A stretch of DNA of 64,000 nt from Methanotrichaceae archaeon (GTDB taxonomy: Archaea > Halobacteriota > Methanosarcinia > Methanotrichales > Methanotrichaceae): assembly GCA_963813075.1 (NCBI GenBank), contig CAWEXU010000013.1:145237-209236 (forward strand), given 5' to 3'. The translations under genes were made by a program, and so were the position numbers. The notes under the pieces were generated by a model. The model was not told the DNA's origin. It searched no databases and worked only from the letters and a program-made list of their open reading frames with translations. Below, piece by piece: positions 18,585-29,433 of the stretch (the stretch's first letter is position 1; each line of letters opens with the position of its first letter).

Positions 18585-19997
18585 TTACTTCTCGCACCAC
18601 GTCCCATCATTTAGCAGCCAGTGGTCCATGTCCGCGGCAGCGATCTTGCCCGCACCCATGGCGCTGATCACTGTGGCTCCGCCGGTGGTGATGTCGCCGC
18701 CTGCCCAGACCCCCTCCATGGTGGTCCTGCCCTTCTCATCCACCACTAAGGTTCCCCATTTGGTGGTCTTCAGTTGAGGGGTGCTGGAGGCGATAAGAGG
18801 ATTGGGCACCGTTCCCACAGCGATGACCACGGTATCCACATCCACCATATGCTCTGAGCCTTTCTTCACCCGGGGGCTTCTCCTGCCGGAGGCATCTGGC
18901 TCGCCCAGCTCCATCTGGACCACCTCCATAGAATTGACCATCCCCCGGTGGTCGCCCAAGAACCGGGTGGGGTTGGTGAGGAAGTCGAATATCACCCCTT
19001 CTTCCATGGCGTTCTCCACCTCCTCAAGCCGGGCGGGCATCTCCTCCCGGGAGCGGCGATAGATGACGTGCACCTCATCTGCCCCCAGGCGCAATGCCGA
19101 TCGGGCGGCGTCCATGGCCACATTTCCTCCACCGACCACCGCCACCTTCTTGCCCTTTTTAATGGGGGTGTCATAATCTGGGAACTTGTAGGCCTTCATC
19201 AGGTTGACCCGGGTGAGGTACTCATTGGCCGAATAGATGCCGCTCAGGTTCTCGCCCGGTACATTGAGAAATCGCGGTGCTCCGGCTCCGATCCCCAGGA
19301 ATACCGCATCGTAGTCGCCCTTGAGAAGCTCATCGATCTGGACCTGTTTTCCCACCACCGAATCCAATTCCAGCTCAGCGCCAAGGGATTTGACATACTC
19401 GATCTCCGAGCGGACGATTCCCTTGGGCAGGCGGAACTCGGGAATGCCGTAGACCAGGACTCCTCCCCCCTCATGCAGGGCCTCGAAGATGGTGACCTTA
19501 TGGCCCATTCTGGCCAGGTCTGCAGCGCAGGTGAGCCCGGCGGGACCCGATCCCACGACTGCGGCGCTCTTGCCTGAGGGAGGGAGCAGCTCGCAGGGCG
19601 GGCACTTTTTCGTCACCCTCTCCCAATCGGCCACAAATCGCTCCAGCCGACCTATGGCTATGGGTGCGCCCTTCTTTCCCAGGACGCAGCGGCTCTCGCA
19701 CTGCACCTCCTGGGGACAGACCCGGCCGCAGATTCCGGGGAGGCTGTTCTTGCCTTTTAGCGATAATGCCGCTCCGGGCATATCATTATCCCGCAGGGCG
19801 AGGATGAACTCGGGGATGTTCACGCCCACCGGGCAGCCTTCAACGCATTTGGGCTTCTTGCACTGGATGCACCTTTTCGCCTCTTCCGCCGCCTGCTCTG
19901 GAGCGTATCCCAGGGCAACCTCCTCGAAATTGCTCTTCCTCTTCTCTGGAGATTGCTTGGGCATCTCCACCCGGTTTAAATTCAACTTTTCTGCCAT
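18585..19997 (-). CDS. NfnB/SudA-like flavoprotein (glutamate synthase small-subunit homologue)
   Basis: EAKRCIQCKKPKCVEGCPV, GRVCPQEVQCE, GSGPAGL, GGGNVAMDAAR, YRRS, AGGD; ATG 19997. Confidence 0.92.
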   Translation of the reverse strand: MAEKLNLNRVEMPKQSPEKRKSNFEEVALGYAPEQAAEEAKRCIQCKKPKCVEGCPVGVNIPEFILALRDNDMPGAALSLKGKNSLPGICGRVCPQEVQCESRCVLGKKGAPIAIGRLERFVADWERVTKKCPPCELLPPSGKSAAVVGSGPAGLTCAADLARMGHKVTIFEALHEGGGVLVYGIPEFRLPKGIVRSEIEYVKSLGAELELDSVVGKQVQIDELLKGDYDAVFLGIGAGAPRFLNVPGENLSGIYSANEYLTRVNLMKAYKFPDYDTPIKKGKKVAVVGGGNVAMDAARSALRLGADEVHVIYRRSREEMPARLEEVENAMEEGVIFDFLTNPTRFLGDHRGMVNSMEVVQMELGEPDASGRRSPRVKKGSEHMVDVDTVVIAVGTVPNPLIASSTPQLKTTKWGTLVVDEKGRTTMEGVWAGGDITTGGATVISAMGAGKIAAADMDHWLLNDGTWCEK

Positions 19998-20130
19998 CTC
20001 TTCCACACCGCGCCTCAGAGGCTGTGATCTCTTAAGGCTGAGCATCGCCCTGCTATATAAAAAAGATTTTCCTTTCAGAGCAACCTACTAATACGATCAA
20101 TCCGCATCACCTTCTGGCGCGGTTGGGAAC

Positions 20131-22890
20131 ATGTCGGAAATTAGACTCACCATTGATGGTCAGGAGGTAGTGGTTCCAGAGGGTTCTAGCATTCTTGATG
20201 CCTGCCGGAAAGCGGATTCATATGTGCCGGCGCTCTGCGATCATCCCGACCTCGAAGCCCATAGGCTCCTGCAAGCTCTGCATAGTCTCGGTAGAGGGGA
20301 TGGACGGCTATCCCACTGCCTGCAACACCCCGGCAGTTGAGGGAATGGTGGTGCAGACGGTGACCGAGGAGCTGCAGGATATGAGAAGGCACACCCTGGA
20401 GATGATCCTCGCTCTAACCAACCATCCCATCAGCTGCCTGGTCTGCGAGAGGAAGAACGAATGCGGTGACCTGCGCGAGTGCATGAGAAAGTTCCCGGTC
20501 ACTGTGGGCTGCAAGTACTGCCCCAAAGACGGCGAATGCGAGCTGCAAAGGGCAGTGGAGTTCGTGGGCCTGGAGAGGGTCCGATACCAGATCTCCTTCA
20601 AAGACAGGCCAGTCTTGAGAGAGCCTTTTTTCGATCGCAACTACAACCTCTGCATCCTGTGCGGCCGGTGCGTGCGCGTCTGCCAGGAGGTCAGAGGGGA
20701 GGGAGTGCTATCGACCAACCCAGATTTCCACCGCTTGCACTGGATAGGCCCCGAATCGCTGCAGGACTCAAGACTGCAAGTTCTGCGGGGCATGCGTGGA
20801 CATCTGCCCTACCGGAGCCCTTTACGCCCGGTTTGAGAAGTGGCAGAGGCCGGAGAGGACCACGGATACCATCTGCCCCTACTGCGGTGTGGGCTGCCGG
20901 ATAGAGGTGGGAGTGCAGGATGAGAGAGTGGTGAGGGTGAGGGCCAAGAGGGACTGTTACCCCAATTTCGGCCAGCTCTGCGTCAAAGGCCGCTTCGGCC
21001 TGGGATTTGTGGATAGCCCGGAGCGCCTCACCGTCCCCCTCATCCGGAAGGACGGCAGGCTTGAGCCGATAACCTGGGAGGAAGCCCTCAGTATCCTGAC
21101 CGAGAAGCTGAACCAGTACAAGGGAGACTGTTTTGCATTCCTGTCGTCGGCCAAGTGCACCAACGAGGAGAACTATCTGGCCCAGAAGTTCGCCAGGCTG
21201 GTGATGCAGACCAACAATGTGGATCACTGCGCCCGGCTCTGCCATGCCTCTACCGTATCCGCCCTGGCCCTGGCTTTCGGCAGCGGCGCTATGACCAATT
21301 CCATCTCTGAGCTTCCCGATGCCGGCTGCATATTCATCATCGGCTCGAACACCTCTGAGCAGCATCCAGTGATCGCCCTGAAGATCAAGGAGGCCAAAAG
21401 AAGAGGGGCGAAGATAATCGTGGCCAACCCCCGCTGGATCGACCTGTGCAAGATCGCTGACGTCTGGCTGCGCCAGACCCCGGGAACGGATGTGGCTCTG
21501 GCCCTGGAGATGTGCCGGGTGATCCTGGAGGAGGGGCTAATGGACGAGGAGTTCATCTCCCAGAGGACGGAGGGATTCGAGGAGTTCAAAAATTCCCTTC
21601 TTCAGCTATCCGGAGATGACGCAGCAAAGATCACCGGCATCAGCTCTGATCTGATCCGGGAGGCGGCGAGGATCTATGCCCGGGGCAATCCCTCTTCCAT
21701 CATCTATGCCATGGGGATCACCCAGCACTCTCATGGGGTGGAGAACATCTTCGCCCTGGCCAACCTGGCCATGATGACCGGGAACGTGGGCCGGCCATCT
21801 TCCGGCATCAACCCCCTGCGGGGCCAGAACAATGTGCAGGGCTCCTGCGACATGGGAGCCCTTCCCAATGTATTCCCTGCCTACCAGGCGGTGACCAATC
21901 CCAGATCTGCGCCAGAAGTTCGAAGAGGCCTGGGGAAGTGTCCAGCCTATTCCGGAAAATCCTGGCCTCACGGTGGTGGAGATGATGAACGCTGCCCATG
22001 AGGGAAGTATCAGGGCGATGTACATCATGGGCGAGAATCCGGTTGTGAGCGATCCGGACAGCAGCCACGTGGTAGAGGCCCTGAAGTCGCTGGAATTTCT
22101 GGTGGTGCAGGACATCTTCCTCTCCGAGACTGCAGCTCTGGCGGACCTGGTCCTGCCGGCGACGAGCAGCCTGGAGAAGGACGGGACATTCACCAACACC
22201 GAGCGGCGGGTGCAGAGGATCAGAGAGGCCCTGCATCCAGTGGGCGAGTCCAGACCGGATTGGGTAATACTGTGCGATCTGGCCGCCCGGATGGGCTACA
22301 AAGAGCAGTTCAGCTACGTTGATCCCGGCCAGATCATGGCCGAGGCAGCCAGGCTCTCACCCAGCTACGGCGGCATCAGCTACGACCGGCTGGAGAAAGA
22401 CGGCCTGCAGTGGCCCTGCCCCAATCCCGATCATCCTGGGACCCAGTTTCTGCATAAGGGCCAGTTCACCCGCGGCCGGGGCAAGTTCAATGTGGTCGAC
22501 TACCGGCCGTCGATGGAGCTGCCGGACGAGGAGTATCCGTTCATCCTCACCACCGGAAGGATTCTGTGCCATTACCACACCGGGACCATGACCCGGAAGG
22601 TGAATGACCTCAATGTTCTCCGGGACGAGGAGCTATTGGAGATCAATCCACAGGATGCCCGAAATCTTGGGATCGAGGATGGCGAATTGGTAGATGTGAC
22701 CAGCCGGCGGGGCAAGGTTCGGGTTAAGGCCAGGGCCACGGAGAAGTCCCCGGTAGGAGTGGTGTTCATGACCTTCCACTTCTCTGAGACCCCCACCAAT
22801 GTCCTCACCAATCCCGCTCTGGATCCGATAGCCAAGATCCCGGAGCTGAAGGTCTGTGCCGTGAAGCTAGATAAAGTTCGAGGAGGCTAG
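20131..22890 (+). CDS. fdhA: Formate dehydrogenase alpha subunit-like molybdopterin oxidoreductase with NuoG-type N-terminal Fe-S domains (three apparent +1 indels near 20252, 20770, 21902)
   Basis: Joined ORFs give VPALCDHP..GSCKLCIV, CILCGRCVRVC, CPYCGVGC..LCVKGRFG, DHCARLCHAST (Cys, not Sec), LRGQNNVQG, EKDGTFTNTERRVQ, IPELKVCAV. Confidence 0.88.
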
Positions 22891-23817
22891 ATGTACGAGA
22901 TAGTAACCAAGGAGACAGTGGCTCCCAATATCATCCATATGAAGTTCAAGGCGCCCAAGATCGCCAGCAGCGCAAAGCCCGGTCAGTTTGTGATCATCAG
23001 GGTGGACGAGAAAGGGGAGAGGATCCCCATGGGCCTTGCCGGCTGGGACGAGAAAGAGGGCACAATAGACATCGTCTTCTATGTCCTGGGGACCAGCACG
23101 GCAAAGCTGTCCACCATGTGTGAAGGCGATTCTCTGGCCAACATCGCCGGCCCCCTGGGCAAGCCCTCGGAGATCGAGAACTTCGGAAGGGTGATATGCG
23201 CCTGCGGCTGCTTCGGCGTGGGGCCCTCGCTACCACTGGTCAAGGCCCTCAAGGAGAAGGGCAACTATGTGATCACGGTGGTGGAGGGCCGGGGTCCTGA
23301 TTTCGTATTCTGGACCGACAGGCTGGGCGAGTTCAGCGATGAGGTTCATGTGGTGACCGGCTGCGGCAAGACCGCCTGGGCCAATGACTTCATCGAGCAG
23401 GAGCTGCAGTCCGGAAAGAAGATCGACCGGATCTTCGCCCACGGCTGTCCCTTTATGATGAAGGTCTCTTCAGACGCCTCCCGGGCGGCGGGAGTGGATA
23501 CCACGGTGAGCCTGACTCCGATCATGGTGGACGGCACTGGCATGTGCGGAGCCTGCCGGGTGGAGGTGGGAGGAGAGACCAAGTTCGCCTGCGTGGACGG
23601 ACCGGAATTCGAGGGGCATGACATCAACTGGGATGGCCTGGTCTTAAGGCTCCGCCAGCTGATACCGGAGGAGGACAAGTCCTTCAATATCTGGGAGAGG
23701 GATAACTGGCACAAATTGATGGACTGCAGGCATAAGAAGAGCTTCAACCCGGCGAAGAGGATGAACGTCGAGGAGATTGAGCATAGCGAGGCCAACTGCA
23801 AGCTGGCAGGGGTATAA
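22891..23817 (+). CDS. NfnA/SudB-like FAD/[2Fe-2S] subunit
   Basis: AKPGQFVIIR..GERIP, GPLGKP, MVDGTGMCGACRV, FACVDGPEF. Confidence 0.9.
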   Translation: MYEIVTKETVAPNIIHMKFKAPKIASSAKPGQFVIIRVDEKGERIPMGLAGWDEKEGTIDIVFYVLGTSTAKLSTMCEGDSLANIAGPLGKPSEIENFGRVICACGCFGVGPSLPLVKALKEKGNYVITVVEGRGPDFVFWTDRLGEFSDEVHVVTGCGKTAWANDFIEQELQSGKKIDRIFAHGCPFMMKVSSDASRAAGVDTTVSLTPIMVDGTGMCGACRVEVGGETKFACVDGPEFEGHDINWDGLVLRLRQLIPEEDKSFNIWERDNWHKLMDCRHKKSFNPAKRMNVEEIEHSEANCKLAGV

Positions 23818-24016
23818 AGGCCAGGGATGCTGTGGTTCTGCAGAAGCGTGATCGATTTAATTTTTAATTATTTTTTTAGCATTATAAAAATTTAATAAAT
23901 GGGTTAGCGAGATCTGTAGTATTTATGGGGCTCATCCGGTAGCGAGAGAGTGGATATCTCCATCAATCCCTGTACTATCTCTTCATCGGATAGGGTAACA
24001 TCGGATTTATACGATC

Positions 24017-24376
24017 TCATTTGATCCTCTTCGATGGGTCAGTGCTATCCATCATCAAGTTTGCCTTGAGCAATAGGAGGGCGGTGAGGACCTGAGCGTA
24101 TTCGGCCATTCGCATGACATCGCCATCGTAATCGGAGAATTTGATGCTGGAGACCTCTGCTCCGGAGGGCTTTTTGGTTTCTGCATACTCCTTGAAAGCT
24201 TCAACCTGGCTCTCCTTGCCATCAATTACGATATCGACCACCTGATTCTTGCCATCGGTCAGGTTGCTGGCATCGAATCCCGGCAGGTGCAAGCCCATGG
24301 CTCCGCCCAGCAGGAGATACCTGTAGCCCACATCGTGCACCCTGGGGCCGGTGATGGTAATCCTGAGCTTCATCAT
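24017..24376 (-). CDS. Divergent acylphosphatase-fold protein
   Basis: ITGPRVHDVGYR...DASN; short helical C-terminus. Confidence 0.75.
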   Translation of the reverse strand: MMKLRITITGPRVHDVGYRYLLLGGAMGLHLPGFDASNLTDGKNQVVDIVIDGKESQVEAFKEYAETKKPSGAEVSSIKFSDYDGDVMRMAEYAQVLTALLLLKANLMMDSTDPSKRIK

Positions 24377-24623
24377 GGAGATATTAGGTCTGTTCTGGAT
24401 TATAGTCTCTGCCCTTCCCAGGATTGGCTTTGATCGTGAGCCTGGTCAGAAGACTCCGAAATGTTTTTATCTGTATAATACTTAAATATGTATATTCCTG
24501 CAGTGCGAAGGGCGCCGTATGAACAGCTCAAGGAGACAACATAACGATCGAAATCTACTTCGCTTCGATTTGATAGGTTAACAGCAGAGGTTAGTTATAT
24601 TTGAAAATACTATTTTGATTGCG

Positions 24624-24860
24624 ATGAAGGTCCTAAAGTACCACGTTATGCTGAGATGGGAACCGGAAGATGAGGTTTATACCGCATGGGTTCCATCACT
24701 TCCGGGATGCGTTACCTTTGGAAAGACCATTGATGAGGCCCTCGATATGGCAAGAGATGCTATTGAGGGCTATGTGCAGATATTGATTGCTCATGGCGAA
24801 GAAGTCCCAACCGACGAAGATATCATTGATCGCACTGTAGAGATCGTTGCCCATGCCTAA
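24624..24860 (+). CDS. hicB: HicB family antitoxin (short, no C-terminal DNA-binding domain)
   Basis: YTAWVPSLPGCVTFGKTIDEALDMARDAI. Confidence 0.92.
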   Translation: MKVLKYHVMLRWEPEDEVYTAWVPSLPGCVTFGKTIDEALDMARDAIEGYVQILIAHGEEVPTDEDIIDRTVEIVAHA

Positions 24861-25077
24861 GCTGCCTTCGGTCTCTTCTCAGGAGCTTGCCAAAGCTTTG
24901 GAGAAGGCAGGTTTTATTCTTGAGCGGACCACGGGAAGCCACAGCATCTATTACCATCCACAAACCCGCAGGAAAGCGGTTGTACCCATTCACAGTAAAG
25001 ATGTTCCGAAGGGAACGTTGTGCAAGCTTTTGAAGGAAGCTGGAATTAGTAAGGAAGAGCTAACGGATCTGCTATAG
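24853..25077 (+). CDS. hicA: HicA family mRNA interferase toxin
   Basis: LEKAGF..RTTGSH...VVPIH..DVPKGTL; overlaps hicB stop. Confidence 0.92.
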   Translation: MPKLPSVSSQELAKALEKAGFILERTTGSHSIYYHPQTRRKAVVPIHSKDVPKGTLCKLLKEAGISKEELTDLL

Positions 25078-25330
25078 GCATTATTGCCATAAGTTTGCAG
25101 TAGCTCTTTCTGTTCCGATGAACCGGGCTTAAAGAGGTCCGGTCTGCCTATGGCTACGGATCGGCTAAAAAGAGCGGTTGCAGTGCTGCTCGTAAAGATG
25201 CCAAAATGTTTTTATCTGTATAATACCTAAATATCTTCATTGTTTGTTATCTTTAATCCGAGCCTGAATGCCAGCCCTGCATAGCCGAGGCCTTTCGCAA
25301 TCGAGCTGACAGCAATTAGGCGTGATAAAA

Positions 25331-27464
25331 ATGAGCGGAAAAACAGGCGACCTGTTCGCCCTCCTGATAGGAATAGACTGCTATCTGCCCAATAGGCTCC
25401 CAGGCGGATACTACTACTCCAATCTCGGCGGCTGCGTGAGGGATGTGGATAATGTTCACCGCGATCTTCTGCAAAGAAGGCTGAATATACCAGAAAGCAA
25501 TGTGATCAAGCTCACATCGACCGCCTCCGCTGCAGGTCAGCCACTTGAGCCCCAGGATCTGTGGCCCACATATGAGAATATGGTGACGGCATTCAAGAAG
25601 ATTGCCGATATGGCCAGCCCGGGCGATCAGGTCTATATCCACTATGCCGGCCACGGCGGCAGGACCTGCGACCATCGATCAGAGGCACAAAGGAGAGTAC
25701 GGAATCGATGAGGCACTGGTGCCCATGGATATCGGCAACACCGAGGCCAGATACCTGCGAGATATAGAGCTGGCCAAGCTCCTCAATGACATGGCCAAAA
25801 AGGGGCTCATAGTTACCGCTGTCCTGGATAGTTGCCACTCCGGGGGCATGGTCCGGGGCCGGAATGCCGTGTCCGGTAATGTGGCAGTTCGGGGCCTGAG
25901 CATCGTTGACACCACCCCTCGCCCAACTGAGAGCCTGGTTGCACCTCTAGAAGAGCTGATTGGCAACTGGGATGATCTTGGGGGTGGATTTGGCCCCACA
26001 CGCAAACTGGCTGTAGGTAGCGGCTGGCTTCCCGTGCCCAGGGGTTTTGTCCTTTTGGCCGCATGCCGGCCCTCTGAGTCCGCTCTGGAGTACGACTTCG
26101 ATGGAAAGGAGAGGAACGGCGTCCTGACCTACAACCTTCTCCGATCCCTGGACGACCTGGGACCGGGCTTGAGCTACAAGACCCTCTACGACCGGATAGT
26201 CTCCAGGGTCCATAGCAAATTCAGAGAGCAGACACCACTCCTGGAGGGCGATGGCGACAGGGAGGTCTTCGGGAGCGAGAGGATCTCTCCCTATTATGCG
26301 GTCAATGTTATGGAATACGATGCAGCGGGCAATAGAGTTCTCCTTGACGCCGGCCAGGCTCATGGCCTGCGCAAGGGCGCTCAGTTCCGCATCTATCCTT
26401 CTGGAAGTGCCGATCTCTCCGTCATGAAAAGGGGCCTGGCCCTGACGGAGATCACAGAGCTTGGGGAGACTGAGTCCTGGGCTAAAATAGTTGATCAATT
26501 CAGGGATGCGGCCATAGAGCAGGGGGCGCAGGCAGTCCTGCTGGCAGCCAATTCCCTCGACCTGGTCAGCATGATCCATTTGTATCAGCGCCGCGATCTG
26601 AGCCCGTCCATCGATCAGGCCCGGTTCCTGGAGGCGGTGGGCAAGGTGGCAGAAGAGAACAGATGGCTCAAGTTCGTCTCTGAAAAAGAGAGGATAGACT
26701 ACCAGGTAGCAGTCAACGATGATGGCTACTATGAGATCTGGGATCCATCGGGCAGGAAGATCGAGAATCTCAGGCCGGATCTTTTGGCTGGAGAGGCCGG
26801 GGCCGCTGCGGAGGTGGTCCGCCGCCTGGAGCACATGACCCGGTTCAATGCAGCCAGAGAGCTGAGAAACCATGATCCCACATCTCCTCTGGCCAGAAAG
26901 CTCATCGTCGAGTTCGTGGGCAAAGAGGATAGCGACTACGATCCGGTAAACGAGGCCCATCCCAAGGCCTTTGACAATCCAATGCTGCCCGAGGTGAACA
27001 ACGGAGAATGGGCTATTGTGAGGATAAAGAATGGCTTTCCAGAGCATCAGCCGAATAACGTCCTGAACATCACCGTCCTTGGCCTTCAGCCGGATTGGGG
27101 CATCACTCAGATATACCCATCAGGTGCTGCTGAGTGGTTTGTCCCTCTTGATCCAGGAATGGAAGTTCTCCTTCCCCTTCAATCCATTCTGCCCGAGGGC
27201 TATACCGAAGGTATCGATACCATCAAGGTCTTTGCCACCCTTGGAGAGAGTACCACGAACTTCCAGTGGCTGCAGCTGCCTTCCCTGGACCAGCCTCCCA
27301 GAAGGGCGACGACGAGGGGCGAGAGTCCAAAAGATCCCCTGGAGGAGATGATGGTGGCGATAACCTCGGAATTGCCCACCATGAGAACTCTGGAGCCAGC
27401 CCGTTATCCCAGCAAGGTCTGGACCACTGCTCAGATTGAGCTGAGGACTAAAAGCATAAAATAG
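25331..27464 (+). CDS. Caspase-family (peptidase C14) protein with large C-terminal extension (apparent +1 indel near 25667)
   Basis: ALLIGIDCY..LGGCVRD, HYAGHG (His), DEALVPMD, LDSCHSG (Cys), LLAACRPSESALE, NGVLTYNL. Confidence 0.88.
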
Positions 27465-27501
27465 AATAGACGCATTATAGAATAGTGCAGGAGAAGAAAA
27501 A

Positions 27502-29197
27502 ATGCCAGACGATAGTATTTCTCGTAATCTCCGCCTGCCGAATACTGTAATTAGCCCAGCAGGCCCCCAGGCATATTACGAGAAGAGCTGGGCTTTGGTC
27601 ATTGGCATTAATGATTACGAAGGCATGCGTCTGGGAAATGCCAGGAACGATGCTGAGGCGGTTGCTGCTCTCTTGAAAGAGAAATACGGCTTTGATGAGG
27701 TCATCTCTCTGCTGGACAAGGACGCCAGCCGGGAAAATATCCTCCGTTATCTGAGGGAAGATCTCCGGGATCGGGTTGGTGCTGAGGACAGGCTGATAAT
27801 CTTCTTTGCTGGACACGGTGAGAGTCAGCCCAGCAAAGGCGGTGGGAGGATTGGCTATATCATCCCCCAGGATGCCCGAAAGGACACCTCGATTGATCAC
27901 ATCGATATGGATGAGCTGAGAAAGGCCTGCGATAGAATCCCGGCCAAGCATATCCTGATAATTCTGGACTGCTGCTTCAGCGGAGTAGCAGCCATCACCT
28001 CCCGGATTCGAGGAAAGCCCGAGCAGTCTCCCAAAAAGCTCACTGATATGTATTTGCGCAAGCTCACTGAGAAGAAGTCCTATCAGATAATGACCGCAGG
28101 AGATGTGGATCAGCCCATAAGAGATAGTGGCTGTGTCCCTGGGCACTCCGCCTTCACCGCTGCATTGCTCGATGGCCTGCGGGGAGATGCCGATCGAGAT
28201 AATAATGGCCTGATCACAGCAACCGAGCTTTACGATTACATCCAGCCCAGAGTGTCCTGCGAGACATCTGCAGACGGGGCGGAAGGCCAGATGCCCTTCC
28301 TTGATTATATAAAAGGCGTTGATATTTACCACCCTGGAAACTTCGTCTTCATGCTTCCCAATATTATGGTAAGCAATGGAGATGAAGAGAGAAAGGATGG
28401 TATGCAAAGTGATGGGCAGAGAAAGGATGAGGTGCGAAGTGATGCCCTCTCCAGGAAGGTTGAGAATCGATATTCAAATGTGATTGAAAAGAGATTGCCT
28501 ATTTTAGCGGCTGTGATCGTTTTGATTTTAGCTCTGGTTACAGTGAACTACTTCTATCCATTCTTCCCAGTTCCTCCTCCAGATGGCAATATAAATCAAA
28601 TTCAAACCAACACTCCATATTCCCCTTCGGAAACATCTCCCCAGAAGCAGATGGACATGCCTGCAGACCTGGTTAATTCCTATTCCAGGATCAATAGCCT
28701 GGTTGAGAAAGCGTGAATTCGTAAATGCTTTAGATATTATAAATAATGTAATTGAAAAGTATCCGGAATACAATGAATACAATCTTCTTTTAAAGGGCTG
28801 GGCTTTAAACAAGAAGGGTTTTTACGAAATGCAGAGCAATTCGGAAGACGCCGACAATACATTTGCAGAGGCAATAGATGCATTGGAGCTGGCCTATGCG
28901 CTCGATCCTAAAAATGAAAAGGATCCGCCTAATGTATATATTTTAAATGAAAAAGGAAACGCCTATCATTACATGGGCAAGTATGACCTGGCTATTGAGT
29001 GGAACAATGCAGCGATTGAAATGGACCCCAATATGGATTTTGTCTGGTTCGACCGAGGGCTCATATTTCTGGATCAGAAGAAATGCAAAGAGGCAATCGA
29101 AGCCTTTGATAGAGCCATTGAATTGAATCCAGATGATACGCAGAGCAAAGATCTGCGGGAAAGAGCTATCCAATGCGCTCAGGAGGCAGATTCCTAG
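27502..29197 (+). CDS. Caspase-family domain - transmembrane helix - TPR repeats (apparent +1 indel near 28709 joins two ORFs)
   Basis: [53 protein letters not shown]; TPRs [37 protein letters not shown]. Confidence 0.8.
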
Positions 29198-29433
29198 ATC
29201 ATACCGATCCTGGGCGGCTGATTTGCCGATTCTGCTACCCAGTAGCTGATCCGCTGCAACCGCAACCCTTTTACATAATATCCCGGCAAGCATTGGCCAC
29301 CATAGCGGGTGAAGCTGCAGAGCAGGTTTGGAGAGATGCTCCTAAAAGCTCCCTTTCAAGGCCAAAAAAACCTGAAAAGGAAATTGGATGCTCCTGGCCG
29401 GGACTGCACTCGCCCGTCCAGGAGGGAGAGATC

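Larger units (their letters stand above)
24459..25234 (+). repeat. 31-bp direct repeat (24459-24489 and 25204-25234) flanking hicBA
   Basis: AAATGTTTTTATCTGTATAATAC(T/C)TAAATAT, one mismatch. Confidence 0.9.

Noticed and set aside
21229..21250. Selenocysteine in FdhA
   Set aside because: The active-site codon is TGC (Cys) in CARLCHAS
22885..22895. In-frame TAG-ATG junctions (fdhA/nfnA, tpiA/acyP, pdxS/pdxT) as pyrrolysine read-through fusions
   Set aside because: Each downstream gene has its own start and normal length, and no pyl genes are seen; ordinary translational coupling
25115..25150. Hammerhead ribozyme (CCGATGA followed by a stem)
   Set aside because: Core is not CUGAUGA and the GAAA strand is absent
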